A DNA stretch of 64,000 nucleotides, taken from the NCBI GenBank assembly GCA_038087875.1, contig CM075999.1, forward strand, positions 4,280,001 through 4,344,000. The letters run 5' to 3'. Both the position numbers and the translations under genes were made by a program. Source of the stretch: Malacoraja senta. Taxonomy: Eukaryota. Positions 38,645 through 52,440 of the stretch are shown piece after piece. The notes under the pieces were generated by a model that saw only the letters and a list, made by a program, of their open reading frames with translations, was not told the DNA's origin and did no database searches. Numbering within the stretch: position 1 is the stretch's first letter; each line of letters begins with the position of its first letter.

Positions 38645-39435
38645 CTCATCTGCAGTATAATGTGGATAAATGTGAGGTTTTCCATTTTGGTGGCAAGAAC
38701 AAGAAGGCAGATTATTATCTGAATGGTGTCAGATTAGGAGAACGGGAGGTGCAACGAGACCTGGGTGTGCTTGTACATCGGTCACTGAAAGTTAGCATGC
38801 AGGTGCAGCAGGCAGTGAAGAAAGCCAATGGCATCTTGGCCTTCATTGCGAGAGGATTTGAGTTTAGGAGAAAGGAGGTCCTACTGCAGTTGTACAGGGC
38901 CCTGGTGAGACCACACCTGGAGTATTGTGTGCAGTTTTGTTCTCCTAATTTGAAGAAGGACATTCTTACTATTGAGGGAGTGCAGCGTAGGTTCACAAGA
39001 TTAATTCCAGGGATGGCGGGACTGACATATGATGAAAGAATGGATCGGCCGGGCTTATATTCACTGGAATTTAGAAGGATGAGAGGGAATCTTATAGAAA
39101 CATATAAAATCCTTAAGGAATTGGAAGGGCTAGATGCTGAAAAAATGTTCCTAATGTTGGGGGAGTCCAGAACCTGGGGTCACAGTTTAAGAATAAGGGG
39201 TAGGCCATTTAGGACTGAGATGAGGAAAAACGTTTTCACCCAGAGAGTTGTGAGTCTGTGGAATTCATTGGATGTTTACAAGAGAAAGTTACATTTAGCT
39301 AACGGAATCAAGGGAAATGGGGAGAAAGCAGGAACGGGGTAATGATTTTAGATGATCAGCCATGATCATATTGAATGGCGGTACTGTACCGAAGGGCCGA
39401 ATGGCCTACTCCTGCACCTATTTTCTATGCTTCTA
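38645..39435 (+). mobile_element. CR1 LINE 3' fragment
   Basis: ORF 38662-39342 is CR1 ORF2 C-terminus (DKCEVFHFG..RPHLEYCVQF). Tail ctattttctatgcttcta. Confidence 0.92.
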
Positions 39436-40622
39436 GGTTTCATTCCGGCCAATGCACAGCATCAGCTCGAATAACTCACTGTAATCACCATCAAACATAC
39501 ACAATACTGCTATCTCTAAATTGTTTTTAAATCTAAAAACAGAGGCAGGATTGAGCCAAGCTGCAAACAGTAAATCAGGTTCATGCGGAAAATGCATATT
39601 CATAGCCATTGACAGCAAGAAATCTTTTTGGATTTTGTCTAACACATTGAAGCACGAACTAGTTCCGACGGACTTTCCACCTCATTAGTTCACACCCAGT
39701 TGCTCCACTCGTGATATGTCAACGTGTTCATCGCCATTTTACGTTTACTTAATCCTCTCTGGGCTCAGCTGACAGGAACACATTTTAGTTCAAGTTTAAA
39801 CCAAAATGAAGCACAAAAATATGCCATGAAATCCTACATTTAGATTCGGCCCCATGGCCACAGAGTGCAGGATCAGCAGAGCTCTGAAGCTCAACATTGA
39901 TCAATATTTCCAGATTCTCAAAAGCCGACATGACTGACATTAATGATTAATCAGCTCACATAGAAGCCCCAGATCCATGCTCGTTGGCCAACACACTGGC
40001 CCAACACCTCACCCAATGTTCCTCAACAATGTGATGGTCCACTGAGGCTACAATTGCTGCTGGTCTGACTGGACACTGTTGCTGGTCTGACTGGGCGACA
40101 CAGTCCTTGTGCGTTTGGAGACTGTTTACTCAGCAGCTTGGCTCCGTGTATCGGCAAGGGGATTGGCTTGGGCTCCCTCCCGCTGAGTGAGGGAATGCAG
40201 ACTCCAACACAGGGCTTTAGTTTCTAGCTTCTACCTGCAGTCATTGTTCCAGAGGCTCATTCCAAATGACTAAACACACAGCAGTGTGTAGCCACGTGAT
40301 GCAGAGGCCAAACGCTACCGTCTGAAGCAACTAACACAGGTCCCAGCCAGGAACAAGGCGAGACCGAGGCAAAGTGAACGCCAACAATCACCGAGTGAGG
40401 ACAAGTTGAAACACAGTTGCTGGTTTTAGTGCTGCCATAACTCTAAACTAAACTACATTGCAATGAGACTGTACTCAAGCCCTCTCATACTGTGCTGCAC
40501 CTGTCTCTTGGTTTTGTGTGTCAGCACACACAGGTCTGTTTGAACACTGCCCAATCTCTCAACAACTACCCAGCTTTATATTCACTCAGTTTGTCCTAGT
40601 CTCCGAGAAGCCTCTTGAAACT

Positions 40623-41051
40623 CTCCTCCCTCCACACTCACAGTCCCACCTCTCCTCCATACTCACAGTCCCACCTCTCCTCCACACTCACAGTCCTACC
40701 TCTCCTCCACACTCACAGTCCCACCTCTCCTCCACACTCACAGTCCCACCTCTTCTACACACTCACAGTCCCACCTCTCCTCCACACTCACAGTCCCACC
40801 TCTCCTCCACACTCACAGTCCTACCCCTCCTCCACACTCACAATCCCACCTCTCCTCCACACTCACAGTCCCACCTCTCCTCCACACTCACAGTCCCACC
40901 TCTCCTCCACACTCACAGTCCCACCTCTCCTCCACAATCACAGTCCCACCTCTCCTCCACACTCACAGTCCCACCTCTCCTCCACATTCACAGTCCCACC
41001 TCTCCTCCACACTCGCAGTCCTACCTCTCCTCCACACTCACAGTCCCACCT
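40623..41051. repeat. Minisatellite, about 17 x 25 bp
   Basis: Unit ccacactcacagtcccacctctcct. Confidence 0.93.
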
Positions 41052-41474
41052 GTTCAGTATCGACATTAAACTTGGAAATGTGTCATTTGGGCACCTCGGC
41101 CCGATAGAGAATGTGAACAATCACTAATCCTTGCAGTCCCCATTCACCACAACATGCCCAGGCTAGAGGGATCCAACACTCAGCCTTCTCTCCAATAACC
41201 AATTCCCAATGCTTTACCTGTGAGTCCATGTGCCCCAACCTGGTGGTATCTTGTCAAAAACACTAACGGCTTCTCTCTTGCGATTGAGTCAGTTTTGCAT
41301 CAAACTACGTCACTTTTAAATCCAAACTAACATTCTAACGATTACTCTAATATTTAGATCACTTTTCCCCATAGGAATCCCACATTTGTATGACAGAGGC
41401 TGCTCTGGCCAATGAAACAGCGAGCAACAAGAATGCCCATGAAGTCTCAAGCACCTGCTAATGCCCCTCAATGG

Positions 41475-43470
41475 AATCATAGAGTCACAGAGTGATACAG
41501 TGAGGAAACAACTTGCCCACACCGACCAACATGTCCCATCTACACTAGTCCCACCTGCTAGGTTTGGTCCATATCCCTCCAAACCTGTCCTATCCATGTA
41601 TCTGTCTAACTACTTCTTAAATGTTGGGATAGTCCCAGCCTCAACTACCTCCTCTGGCAGCTTGTTCCATGCACTCACCACTCTTTGTGTGAAAAGGTTA
41701 CCCCTCAGATTCCTAATAAATCTTTTCCCCTTCACCTTGAACCTATGTCCTCTGGTTCTCAATTCCCTTACTCTGGGCAAGCGACAATAGATAGATAGAA
41801 TCTTTATTTGCCACACGACCAGGGTTGGTGGTATTTGGGTTCGGTACATGATGGTACACTGCTTTAGTCACATTAACACTAATAACAACACAGATCATAA
41901 TAATAAAGTGCATCCATACCACATCACAAATCACAAATCTCACCAACAATACATAGTGCAAAAGAACAGACAAAAACCATAGACGACACTGTATACATCA
42001 AAGTCAAAAAGTTATTGGAGGGAATTAAGTGTTCTTATTGCTGAGGGGAAGAAACTGTTTTTAAAACGGGTGAATTTTGTAGCAAGTGACCTAAGGCGCC
42101 TCCCTGAAGGGAGAGACTGGAAAAGGTGGTTTGCTGGATGGGAGGGGTCCGAGATGATCTTTGTTGACCGTTTTGAGGTACGTTGGAGGTAAATGGAATG
42201 GATTGAGGGGAGGGGAGAGTTGATGATCGTAGAGGCCTTGGAGACAATGCGCTGTATTCTATGTAGTGAATGACTGTCAGTGTTTCCGTACCAGGCTGTG
42301 ATTGAGGAGGTGATGATACTTTCAATGATGGATTGATAGAAGCGGACCAGGAGGTGTTTGTGGACTCTGAGCTTTTTGAGCTGTCTGAGGAAGTATAGAC
42401 GTTGTTGTCCTTTCTTGATGATGTGGTCTGCATTGATGTGCCATTTTAGATTATTGCAGATATAGGTGCCCAGAAACTTAAATAAGTTCATGGAGGTTAT
42501 GGGATGGGAGTTGACATGGACCGGGGGTTTGAGGTTTTGTTTGCGTCTGAAATCTATGATGATTTCTAAGGTTTTTGAGGTGTTAAGCTGGAGGTTGTTT
42601 TCTGCGCACCATTTGACTGCGCTGTCCACTGTTTGATGGTATTGTTGTCTGAGATGAGGCCAATTATTGTTGTGTCGTCTGCATATTTGAAAATGTTAAC
42701 TGAGCTGCATTGGGATGTGAGGTTGTTGGTGTAAAGTGAGAAGAGCTGAGGTGACAGAACGCACCCTTGAGGGGCTCCTGTATTGAGAGTCAGAGGGCTG
42801 GAGAGTTTTTCACCCACCTTGACTCTTTGTTGTCTGTTTGTCAGAAAATGTAAAATCCAATGGCACATGGCTAGGTGAATGCCCATGTCCAACAGACTCT
42901 GTAAATCTACCCGATCTATTCCTCTCATGATTGTATACACTTCTATAAGATCTCCCCTCATCCTCCTGCGCTCCAAGGAATAGAGACCCAGCCTTCTCAA
43001 CCTCTTCCTGTAGCTCAAACCCTCGAGTCCTGGCAACATCCTCGTGAATCTTCTCTGAACCCTTTCCAGCTTGACAATATCTTTCCTATAACATGGTGCT
43101 CAGAACTGAACACAATATTCTATATGTGGCCTCACCAACGTCTTATATAACTGCAACATGACCTCCCAACTTCTATACTCAATACTCTGATGAAGGCCAA
43201 TGTGCCAAAAGCCTTTTTGACCACCTTATCTACCTGCGACTTGACCTTCAAGGAACCATGTACCTGTACTCCTAGATCCCTCTGCTCTACATCACTCCCC
43301 AGAGCCCTACCATTCATTGTGCAGGTCCTGACCATGTTAGACTTCATAAAATGCAACACCTCACATTTTTTTGCATTAAATTTCATCAACCATTCCTCAG
43401 CCCACCTGGTCAATAGATCAAGATCCTGCTGCAATCTTTCACAACCACTATCTACAAAACCACCCACTGT
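41475..43470 (-). mobile_element. CR1 LINE 3' part interrupted by a Rex/Babar insertion
   Basis: CR1 ORF2 motifs at 43132-43467, 42895-43040 and 41610-41785. Confidence 0.85.
41787..42892 (-). mobile_element. Rex/Babar-type LINE (5'-truncated, RT C-terminal half)
   Basis: NTGAPQGCVLSPQLFSLYT, KYADDTT, LNTSKTLE, QQRLYFLRQL, PSGRRLRS. Tail aataaagattctatctatct. Confidence 0.88.
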
Positions 43471-43961
43471 TGTACCATCTGGATAGTCCTGGTGTTACGG
43501 GAGACTTGACTAACCGGAATCAGACTTCATGTCAATTGTCCCAAAGCATTTTTCAAGCTGGAAATAATGAAATGTTTCATGGAATTCAATGACTGGACAC
43601 AGATCTGGAGAAGGGTCTTGAACCAAAGCATCACCTATCCATGTTCCCCACAGATGCTGCCTGAACCGCTGAGTTATGCCAGCATTTTGTGTCTATCTTC
43701 AGTGTAAACCAGCTTCTGCAATTCCTCCCTAAAGAGTACATATTACATTTGTTTAATTAAGGGTAGTGTTGGGGGCAACATTCAGTGAAATGAAAGAATG
43801 ATAACAAGAGTGTCCAGACCGATACATGTGAGTGGCTCCTGAGAACAGGCGTTTCTGACATGAGATGACAGGGACAGAACTCATGTATCCCGGGCACCGT
43901 CTGATGTTACATTCAAATGCTGAAACTTTCATGATTAATTGATAACATTTGCATGAATTTG

Positions 43962-44016
43962 TAACCCTGACCCTGACTCTGACCCTAACCCTGACCCTAA
44001 CCCTAACCCTAACCCT
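43962..44016. repeat. Short interstitial telomere-like repeat (CCCTAA/CCCTGA)
   Basis: About 9 hexamers, including CCCTAA x3 in a row. Confidence 0.7.
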
Positions 44017-44539
44017 CTGTTCTCCAAGGCACGACCATTTACTGCATAATCCCTTCCCCGGTTTGATACACCAAAGTGCAACACTTCACACTTCAGAGTT
44101 AAATTCCATTTGCCATGCCTTGGCCCACCTTCCCAACTAGATGCTGCAAGTGTGGATACCCTTCCTCACTGTCCACTATACCACCATTTCTGGAGTCATC
44201 TGCAAATTTATAAACAATGTAACATCATTTTCATCCCAATCATGAATGTAAAGAAGAGACCCGCCCGACCCCTGAGGTTCACAGTGTACCTGCAGCCTGA
44301 TTTAATCCTGCTTCTCACACCAGGGCAAGAGTTTGTAACCAGGAAGGGTTCTCGTGAGAAACCATCTCCCCAAGGCTTGATAATTACTGTGACAGTGGTA
44401 ATATTTGCTGCCTGCATGGATGTGGCCGGAATAAATTAACAGAATCCCACTCCTGCCTTCTAATATTATAAACCAGCAGACATGTTATGTTTTATAAAAA
44501 CCACGACCCCACGGCCTTCCCTCAGTTATGATGCCCGAG

Positions 44540-45120
44540 ACCGTCCCGTATCAGACCTCGTCCGGTATCAGACCCCGTCCCATATCAGACCCTGTCCCAT
44601 ATCAGACCCCATCCGGTATCAGACCCCGTCTCGTATCAGACCCTGTCCCGTATCAGGTACTGTCCCATACCAGACCCCGTCCCGTATCAGACCCTGTCCC
44701 GTATCAGACCCTGTCCCGTATCAGACCCCGTCCCGTATCAGACCCCGTCCCGTATCAGACCCCGTCCCATATCAGACCCTGTCCCATATCAGACCCCGTC
44801 CGGTATCAGACCCCGCCTCGTATCAGACCCCGTCCCGTATCAGGTACTGTCCCATACCAGACCCCGTCCCGTATCAGACCCCGTCCCATATCAGACCCCG
44901 TCCCGTATCAGACCCCGTCTTGTATCAGACCCTGTCCCGTATCAGACCCCGTCCCGTACCAGACCCCGTCTCGTATCAGACCCCGTCCCATATCAGACCC
45001 CGTCCTGTATGAGTGTATCAGACCCCGTCCCGTATCAGACCCGTTTTGTATCAGGTACTGCATCTCAAACCGTCCATATCCAACCCCGACCCATATCCAG
45101 CCCCAATCCTGTATCAGACG
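44540..45120. repeat. 17-bp minisatellite (tatcagaccccgtcccg)
   Basis: About 30 variant units, directly abutting a CR1 fragment. Confidence 0.92.
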
Positions 45121-45550
45121 TTTGTCGGCACTGGGCCTATACTCGCTGGAGTTTAGAAGAATGAGGGGCGACCTCATTGAAACTTACAGAATAGTGAAAG
45201 GCTTGGATAGAGTGGATGTGAAGAGGATGTTTCCATTAGTGGGAGAGTCTAGGACTAGAGGTCACAGCCTCAGAATTAAAGGGTGTTCTTTTGGGAAGGA
45301 GATGAAGAGGAATTTCTTTAGTCAGAGGGTGGTGAATCTGTGGAATTCTTTGCCACAGACGGCTGTGGAGGCCAAGTCAATGGATAGTTTTAAGGCAAAT
45401 AGATAGATTCTTGATTAGTACGGGTGTCTGGGGTTATGGGGAGAAGGCAGGAGAATGGGGTTAGGAGGGAGAGATAGATCAGCCATGATTGAATGGCGGA
45501 GTGGACTCGATGGGCCGAATGGCCTAATTCTACTCCTATCACATGATCTT
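45115..45550 (+). mobile_element. CR1 LINE 3' fragment
   Basis: RLSALGLYSLEFRRMRGDLIETY..QRVVNLWNSLP plus tail. Confidence 0.9.
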
Positions 45551-46419
45551 ATGAGACCCACTCCCGTACCATTACATGAAGCCATGCCCCGTCCTGTATC
45601 CCACCCCGTCGCCATCGTTACTGCGGCCACTGAGCAGTCGTTGCCCCAGCACCTCAACTCCACTCCTCCAGGAAACGGGCTACAGATGGAACGCAAGTTC
45701 TTAACTACATTAAATTTGAAAATGAATGGAAGGGAAATCAAGGTGATCGCTCACACTGCAGGTATCACATGGCCAGAGAGTCTCAAACTGATAATCACGC
45801 TTGTCTGGTCTCGACTTCATCGGGAATAATAGACATCATCGTGCAACGCTCCGTCGCTGACACACACCGCTCCACATTAGCATGGGTGTGTTTGGATATT
45901 CGCTTACACAAGTGCAGGCATGTTGGCCACTTCCAGTACCTGCATGAAACAATACCTGCCTTTCATCCCAGCCTCTCTCGTTTTACAGCAGAGCCCGGCT
46001 CCCACATCCCCGGAGATAGGCCAGCACCTTACTCCACACAGCTCCACACTCTAACACTGATCTCAGCTTCAGTAATCTGCTGAATGGAGACATTGTCATC
46101 AATGCACAAAGCATGAGGATACCGATTATAAACCCACCAATTAACTGGGTGCAAACCCCTCCACATGGGGCACCGCGGGGAGACACTTCACAACTCGGCC
46201 AAACCTGTCCGACCACTCAGTTCAAAATAACAAATCCACCTCATCTTGCAGCGGGCATGAAACAGTTCTTGTTACAACGAGGCAGGGAGGCTCTATCCAG
46301 AAAACACCTTGTGGCCCCGGTTATATCCTGTCCCGGTCAGTCCCGGTCAGTCCCGGTCAGTACCATGTCCACACGTCAACCCAGACCTGGCTCAGAAGCC
46401 GGCAGCAATTAACCAGTGC

Positions 46420-46800
46420 AGTTCCCGAGGCAGAGCCGCTACAGCCCGTGACATCCATTGCCACATGTCGGCGGCTCGCTGCGGCGCTGCATCGCGGGTC
46501 TGTGTGTGTGAACACACCGGCAAATACCTGGTTTCTTCTTTCCCGGGCGGCGGCCGAGGCCGATGTGCCAGGCGGGCCGCGGCTTGGCGCTTTGGGCCAC
46601 TCGCTTCTTGTGATGACTGTTCCCCATTGCGCTGTTCTCCGGAGCCGCCCGCACTCGCTCCTCATCGCTGCACAATGGGTGACACTTGGCGGCGGGCCAT
46701 ATACACATCTATCTCCACCAGCGGGCGGGGAGCGATCAGCGAGCCGTCTACAATCATCCTAGCCACACCTCGCCGTGCCGTTCCCCTCTGCCCGCCTTGT
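46420..46800 (-). promoter_or_regulatory. CpG-island-like promoter/5' region of KIAA1522
   Basis: Dense CpG and GC-box-like motifs (gggcgg, ccgccc) around the first exon, in an otherwise CpG-poor window. Confidence 0.65.
46528..46627 (-). CDS. KIAA1522: KIAA1522/NHSL3 first coding exon (MGNSHHKKRVAQSAKPRPAWHIGLGRRPGKKKP)
   Basis: ATG in strong Kozak context (gcaATGG) inside a CpG-rich island. Peptide resembles the MGNSHHK- N-terminus I recall for a mammalian KIAA1522 isoform. Donor CAG|gtattt is phase 1, matching the next exon. Confidence 0.85.
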
Positions 46801-49134
46801 CTGGTCACTTACAGGGAACGGAGGGACAGACTCTGTGGGCAGTTGGAACACAGAGCGGTACAGTACGGGAACAGGCCCTTCGGTCCACAATGTCTATGCT
46901 GTACACGATGCCAAATTAAACTAATCTCCGTCTGCACGTGATCCATATCCCTCCATTCCCTGCATATCCTTGTGTCTAAACGCCTCTTAAACGCCACTAT
47001 AGTCCCTGCCTCCATCACCACCCCCGGCAGCTTGTTCAGGCCTCTCTCACCATCCGAGCCGTGCCCTGGTCTCACTGCTGCCGGTGGGCAGGAGCTACAG
47101 AAGCCTCAAGTCCCACACCACCAGGTTCAGGAACAGATACTTTCCTGCAACCATCAGGTTCATGAACCGACCCACAAACCCTGATCCCACCTCAGCAACG
47201 GAACACAACGGACTACCTTTTGCAGCAACATGGACTTCTTTACTAATTGTATCTTGCTCCAATATTTTCTTTTTTCTTCTCATTGTCTTGTAGAAATTGT
47301 GTAATTCATGTATAATTAATGCATTTGTGTATTGTCTGTGTCTCTGTCCTGTGACGTTGCTGCGAGCACGAGTGACATTGTACATGTACCTCACCTGTAC
47401 CTGTACCTCACCTGTACCTCACCTGTACATGTACCTCACCTGTACCTGTACCTCACCTGTACCTGTACCTGTCCCTGTACCTCACCGGACCTGTGGACAT
47501 GACAATGGACTGGACTTGAGCCTTGACGCTTTTGGAGTTGGTGATGATGGTGTTGGGCAGGAACGGGGTAACCCTGGGCTCAAGCCAGTTGTAACACCGC
47601 TCCCCTGAGACCCTCACTCTCACTCTCAATACGTAAGGAAGGTCTATTCCACGCGTCTGGGTCAGGAACAGGGCGACAACCAGCCACTGTTGCCGCTCAG
47701 CATTCTCGTTAATATCCGAGTCACATTTCCCTCTGTTTACACACTGGGCTACACTGCTCTGAAAATCTCTTAATAATCAAACTATTTGAATTAATTGAGA
47801 GCCTCTCACCCTTCAATGGGATCCCAGCAAAGTATCTTCAAGTATGTTATGAAGATATGACAGGTCTGATAGAAAATGTTCCCGTTGTCAATAACAAGTT
47901 CCGGGAACATTTGCTGAGAAAACAACCTGCAGAATGAACCAGCAATGCTGTCCAGAGCAGCCAGCCAGGGGCTGTACCTCCTCAATACCATCATCTAGCC
48001 CCGAACTGAAGCTTGGCAATTCTAAGAATAATCCAACTAATCAGTTCCATTCATAGTTATAAAACCCACGGGACTCTTTCTGTCAAGTTGCTGTGGCCAT
48101 CGATCACAGAGTGAGTTTTATTCCTGTCGGGGTGTGGGACTTTGGACCGCGGAGCCGCGTGAACAAAGTCTTTGTGTTGAAGCTGCACAACATGTGATGC
48201 AAGGGAGGGATGGTCGCAATACATTACATGCGTGTTTACATGCGTGCCGCAACCAGATTCATTTAACATTTTTCTCTGCAGCCACCCAGTTTGCGAGTTC
48301 TATCTTTCCTGGCACCAAACTACAACTGTACATAACACTTATCAGTAACAACTTTCCTCATGTTAATTGTATTATTCCTGATTAGTTCCAATATTGCTCC
48401 TTTGTACCAAATAATTTTAAATAGTGTGGGGATGAGGGCGGTCTATAGACAGAAACACAGGCCGGGGTGGGAGTTGTGCAATTCCCAGTGGGAATTCACC
48501 TGGTCCTTGGGAATCTGACATCATGTATCAATATGCCATTCTCTCGGCCGTATTCCATTTCCATTCCCCGTCCTCCCTTGTCAGTGATGCTCACAATCTG
48601 ATGCTTCCCAGAGTTCACACTGACCTTTAACGTACACTGTGATGTTTAAATAGAAACGAAAACGTGGACAAAAAAGACCTGCCTAAAGAATGCAGAAATT
48701 AATGAACCAGGCAGATGAATGGATCATATAGGTGGTTATAATATGTTTCCTTCAAAGGGTTAGCTGGAATTCACATCGAAAACAGTCGAGCTGTAAATAA
48801 CCTGTACTAACCTGCAGATTCTCTGAGGTAATTGTCCCAGTCAAACCTAAACCACTCTGCTCCTCAGCCTGTCCCATCAATGGGAATTGCAGCAACACAC
48901 CTCCAGCCCAATGTAATCACATCCAGAACATGGAACAAACTGGAGGGGAAGCCGGAATCCATCCATCAAACTGCTTCATGGATGAGTCAGTGCTGGAGAG
49001 AGTCAACAGCCTCAAGTTCCTGGGCTAAAGAGAGTAGTGGACACTGCCTGGTCCATCACAGATACTGACCCGCCCCGCCCCCCCCCCCCCACCACCACAC
49101 ACTGCCCAGTCCATCACAGATACTGACCTCCCCA

Positions 49135-50257
49135 GGTCAGTAGGGGGTAGGGAGTTGACATGGATAGAAAATTGGTTGGCAGACCGGAAGCAAAGAGTAG
49201 GAGTGAACGGGTCCTTTTCAGAATGGCAGGCAGTGGCGAGTGGAGTGCCGCAAGGCTCGGTGTTGGGGCCGCAACTGTTTACCATATATGTTAATGATTT
49301 GGAAGAGGGAATTAGGAGCAACACTAGCAAGTTTGCGGATGACACAAAGCTGGGTGGCAGTGTGAACTGTGAAGAGGATGTCAGGAGGTTGCAGGGTGAC
49401 CTGGACAGGTTCAGTGAGTGGGCAGATGCATGGCAGATGCAGTATAATATAGATAAATGTGAGGTTATCCACTTTGGCGGCAAAAACAAGGAGGCAGATT
49501 ATTATCTCAATGGGGTTAGGTTAGGTAAAGGGGAGGTACAGCGAGACCTGGGTGTCCTTGTACACCGGTCACTGAAAGTTGGTGTGCAGGTACAGCAGGA
49601 AGTGAAGAAAGCTAATGGAATGTTGGCCTTCATAACAAGAGGATTTCAGTATAGGAGTAAAGAGGTTCTTCTGCAGTTGTATAGGGCTCTGGTGAGACCA
49701 CATCTGGAGTATTGTGTACAGTTTTGGTCTCCTAATTTGAGGAAGGACATCCTTGTGATTGAGGCAGTGCAGCGTAGGTTCACGAGATTGATCCCTGGGA
49801 TGGCAGGACTGTCATATGAGGAAAGATTGAAAAGACTAGGCTTATATTCACTGGAGTTTAGAAGGATGAGGGGGGATCTTATAGAAACATATAAAATTAT
49901 AAAAGGACTGGACATGCTAGATGCAGGAAAAATGTTCCCAATGTTGGGTGAGTCCAGAACCAGGGGTCACAGTCTTAGAATAAAGGGGAGGTCATTTAAG
50001 ACTGAGGTGAGAAAAAACTTTTTCACCCAGAGAGTTGTGAATTTATGGAATTCCCTGCCACAGAGGGCAGTGGAGGCCAAGTCACTGGATGGATTTAAGA
50101 GAGAGTTAGAGCTCTAGGGGCTCGTGGAATCAAGGGATATGGGGAGAAGGCAGGCACGGGTTATTGATAGGGGACGATCAGCCATGATCACAATGAATGG
50201 CGGTGCTGGCTCGAAGGGCCGAATGGCCTCCTCCTACACCTATTTTCTATGTTTCTA
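49135..50257 (+). mobile_element. Young 5'-truncated CR1 LINE (open RT C-terminal half)
   Basis: Uninterrupted 320-aa ORF with SGVPQGSVLGP and KFADDTKL. Tail ctattttctatgtttcta. Confidence 0.95.
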
Positions 50258-51979
50258 CCACACACTGCCCAGTCCATTACAGGTACTGACTCCCCCCCCC
50301 CACCACACACTGCCCGGTCCATCACAGGTATTGACCCCCCCACTATCGAAGGGATCTACAGCAGCCAGCATCATCAGAGACCCACATCACCCTGGCCACG
50401 CTCTCATCTCGCTGCTACCATCAGGAAGAAGGAACAGGAGCTTGTAAACTGTGACCTCCAGGTTCAAGAACAGCTTCTTCCCGACAACCATCAGGCTCTT
50501 GAACACTGCACAACACTGACCTCAGCAACTGTGATCTAACACGGGCTGTGTCTGTGGTTGCTCCATGGACCTCGGTTTCTGTACTATTATAGTTACCCAG
50601 TATTATGGGTATTCATGTATTGTATTTTTGATTATTATATATTTTCTGTGTGTATTGTCTTTATGGGCAAGTACGTCTAAAGGGTCTCAACCCGAAACGT
50701 CACGCATTACTGAGTTACTCCAGCTTTTAGTGTGCATCATTCACAATTAAACACTCCTGGCTCTTGACATAGTTCCATCTGGAAAATGCAAAATGGATTT
50801 CTCGGTTTGTTTTCAGTGATTGCTTGCAGCAGATTCATTGTTCTTCATTCTCACTAATGCAAGATTTGGCTTACGGACCTTCACAGAAAATATTGTTACA
50901 CAGTATCCTTAAATAGTTACATTAAATGCAGTTGATGCTTAATAAAAATAAACCTAATTATTTCCATGACAGACAGGAAAATAGATGTGCAACAAGTCGT
51001 TGATTTACAGCACTCACAAATCCCAAAGTATAAACTTTACGTCACTGCAGAAATATGTTCAACACAAATTTAAATTTCCACAAATATATAAGCTGTACAC
51101 AAAACAGCAGCTGACTTGGAAAGCACATTGCATAAATCAACACAATCTTAGATTTCAGGGGAATTTGTATGTTGTTCTAACATCACGTTTGAGCCTCTTT
51201 GATCTATTACAAACCTTTAAAAAAAATCCAATACTGTTGTTCAAATGATCCAACTGATTTATTAATAATAACTAATGGCAGAGTGGTCAGATCTCATTTA
51301 AAATTCATGTTCATTAGTGATAGGAGCAGAATTAGGCCATTCGGCCCATCAAGTCCACTCTGTCATTCAATCATGGCCGATCTAGGTATCTCTCCCTCCT
51401 AACCCCATTCTACAGCCTTCGTCCCATAACCCCTGACACCCGCACTAATCACAAATCTATCAATCTCTGCCTTAAAAATATCCATTGATTTGGCCTCCAC
51501 AGCCCTTTGTGGCAAAGAATTCCTCTGACTAAAGAAGATGAGGAAGGTTCATGAGATTTATTGCTGCTGCCCTCTGTGTGGCAACCTCACAGTTAAGTAC
51601 CTGGTCAGCTGGAGCAGGTTACCTGGTAAACACTGTCAGCTGATACTGAGTCAGACTTGGCAGCTGGACTGGGGGATGGCTGAGGGAAGCCTTGTGTAAA
51701 CCCCGTGATGATTCCTGTCAGCCGGGGGAAGGGCAGGCTGGTTACAGAGTGATGAGGCGATGAGATGGTTGGTGTGAGATAGCATCAAGTGAGACCAAAG
51801 CTGGGAGTGAAGGGGGAGGCAAGGCGGGTGGTGAGCTGGGAGTGAGTGGTGTGGCTGGACAGTCACTGGAGGTCTACGCTGATGTGAGATTGCAGCATCA
51901 GATGTCTCAGATCGAGAGGCCGCGATTGGCCGCTCCTGCAACTGCTGTGGTCTGACGGACCAGGGCACAATCTCAGGTA

Positions 51980-52440
51980 GATTTAGAGTGATGCAGTGTG
52001 GAAAAAGGCCCTTCAGCCCAACTTGCCCACACCAGCCAACATGTCGCATCTACACTTGTCCCACCTGCCCGCATTTGGTCCATATCCCTCTAAATATGTC
52101 CTATCCATGTACCTGTCTAAATGTTTCTTAAACTTTGGGATAGTCCCTGCCTCAACTACCTCCTCCGGCAGCTTGTTCCATACACCCACTACCCTTTTTG
52201 TGAAAAAGTTACCCCTCAGATTCCTATTAAATCTTTTCCCCTTCACCTTAAACCTATGTCCACTGGTCCTCGATTCCCCTACTCTGGGCAAGAGACTGTG
52301 CATCTCTCATGATTTTATACACCTCAATAAGATCACCCCTCATCCTCCTGCGCTCCAGGGAGTAGAGTCCCAGCCTACTCAACCTCTCCCTGTAGTTCAC
52401 ACCCTCTGGTCCTCACAACATTCTTGTAAATCTTCTCTGT
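51980..52440 (-). mobile_element. CR1 LINE 3' fragment
   Basis: PRVGESRTSGHRFKVKG..NFFTKRVVGVWNKLP. Confidence 0.85.

Noticed and set aside
2880..43640. Strand-specific selection against active hammerheads in the KIAA1522 pre-mRNA
   Set aside because: Sense copies are mutated (8980, 10427, 2885), but antisense intragenic copies are equally decayed and the numbers are too small.
44482..45406. 292-aa ORF fusing a repeat peptide to CR1 sequence
   Set aside because: A stop-free minisatellite abutting a truncated CR1, with no evidence of a real gene.
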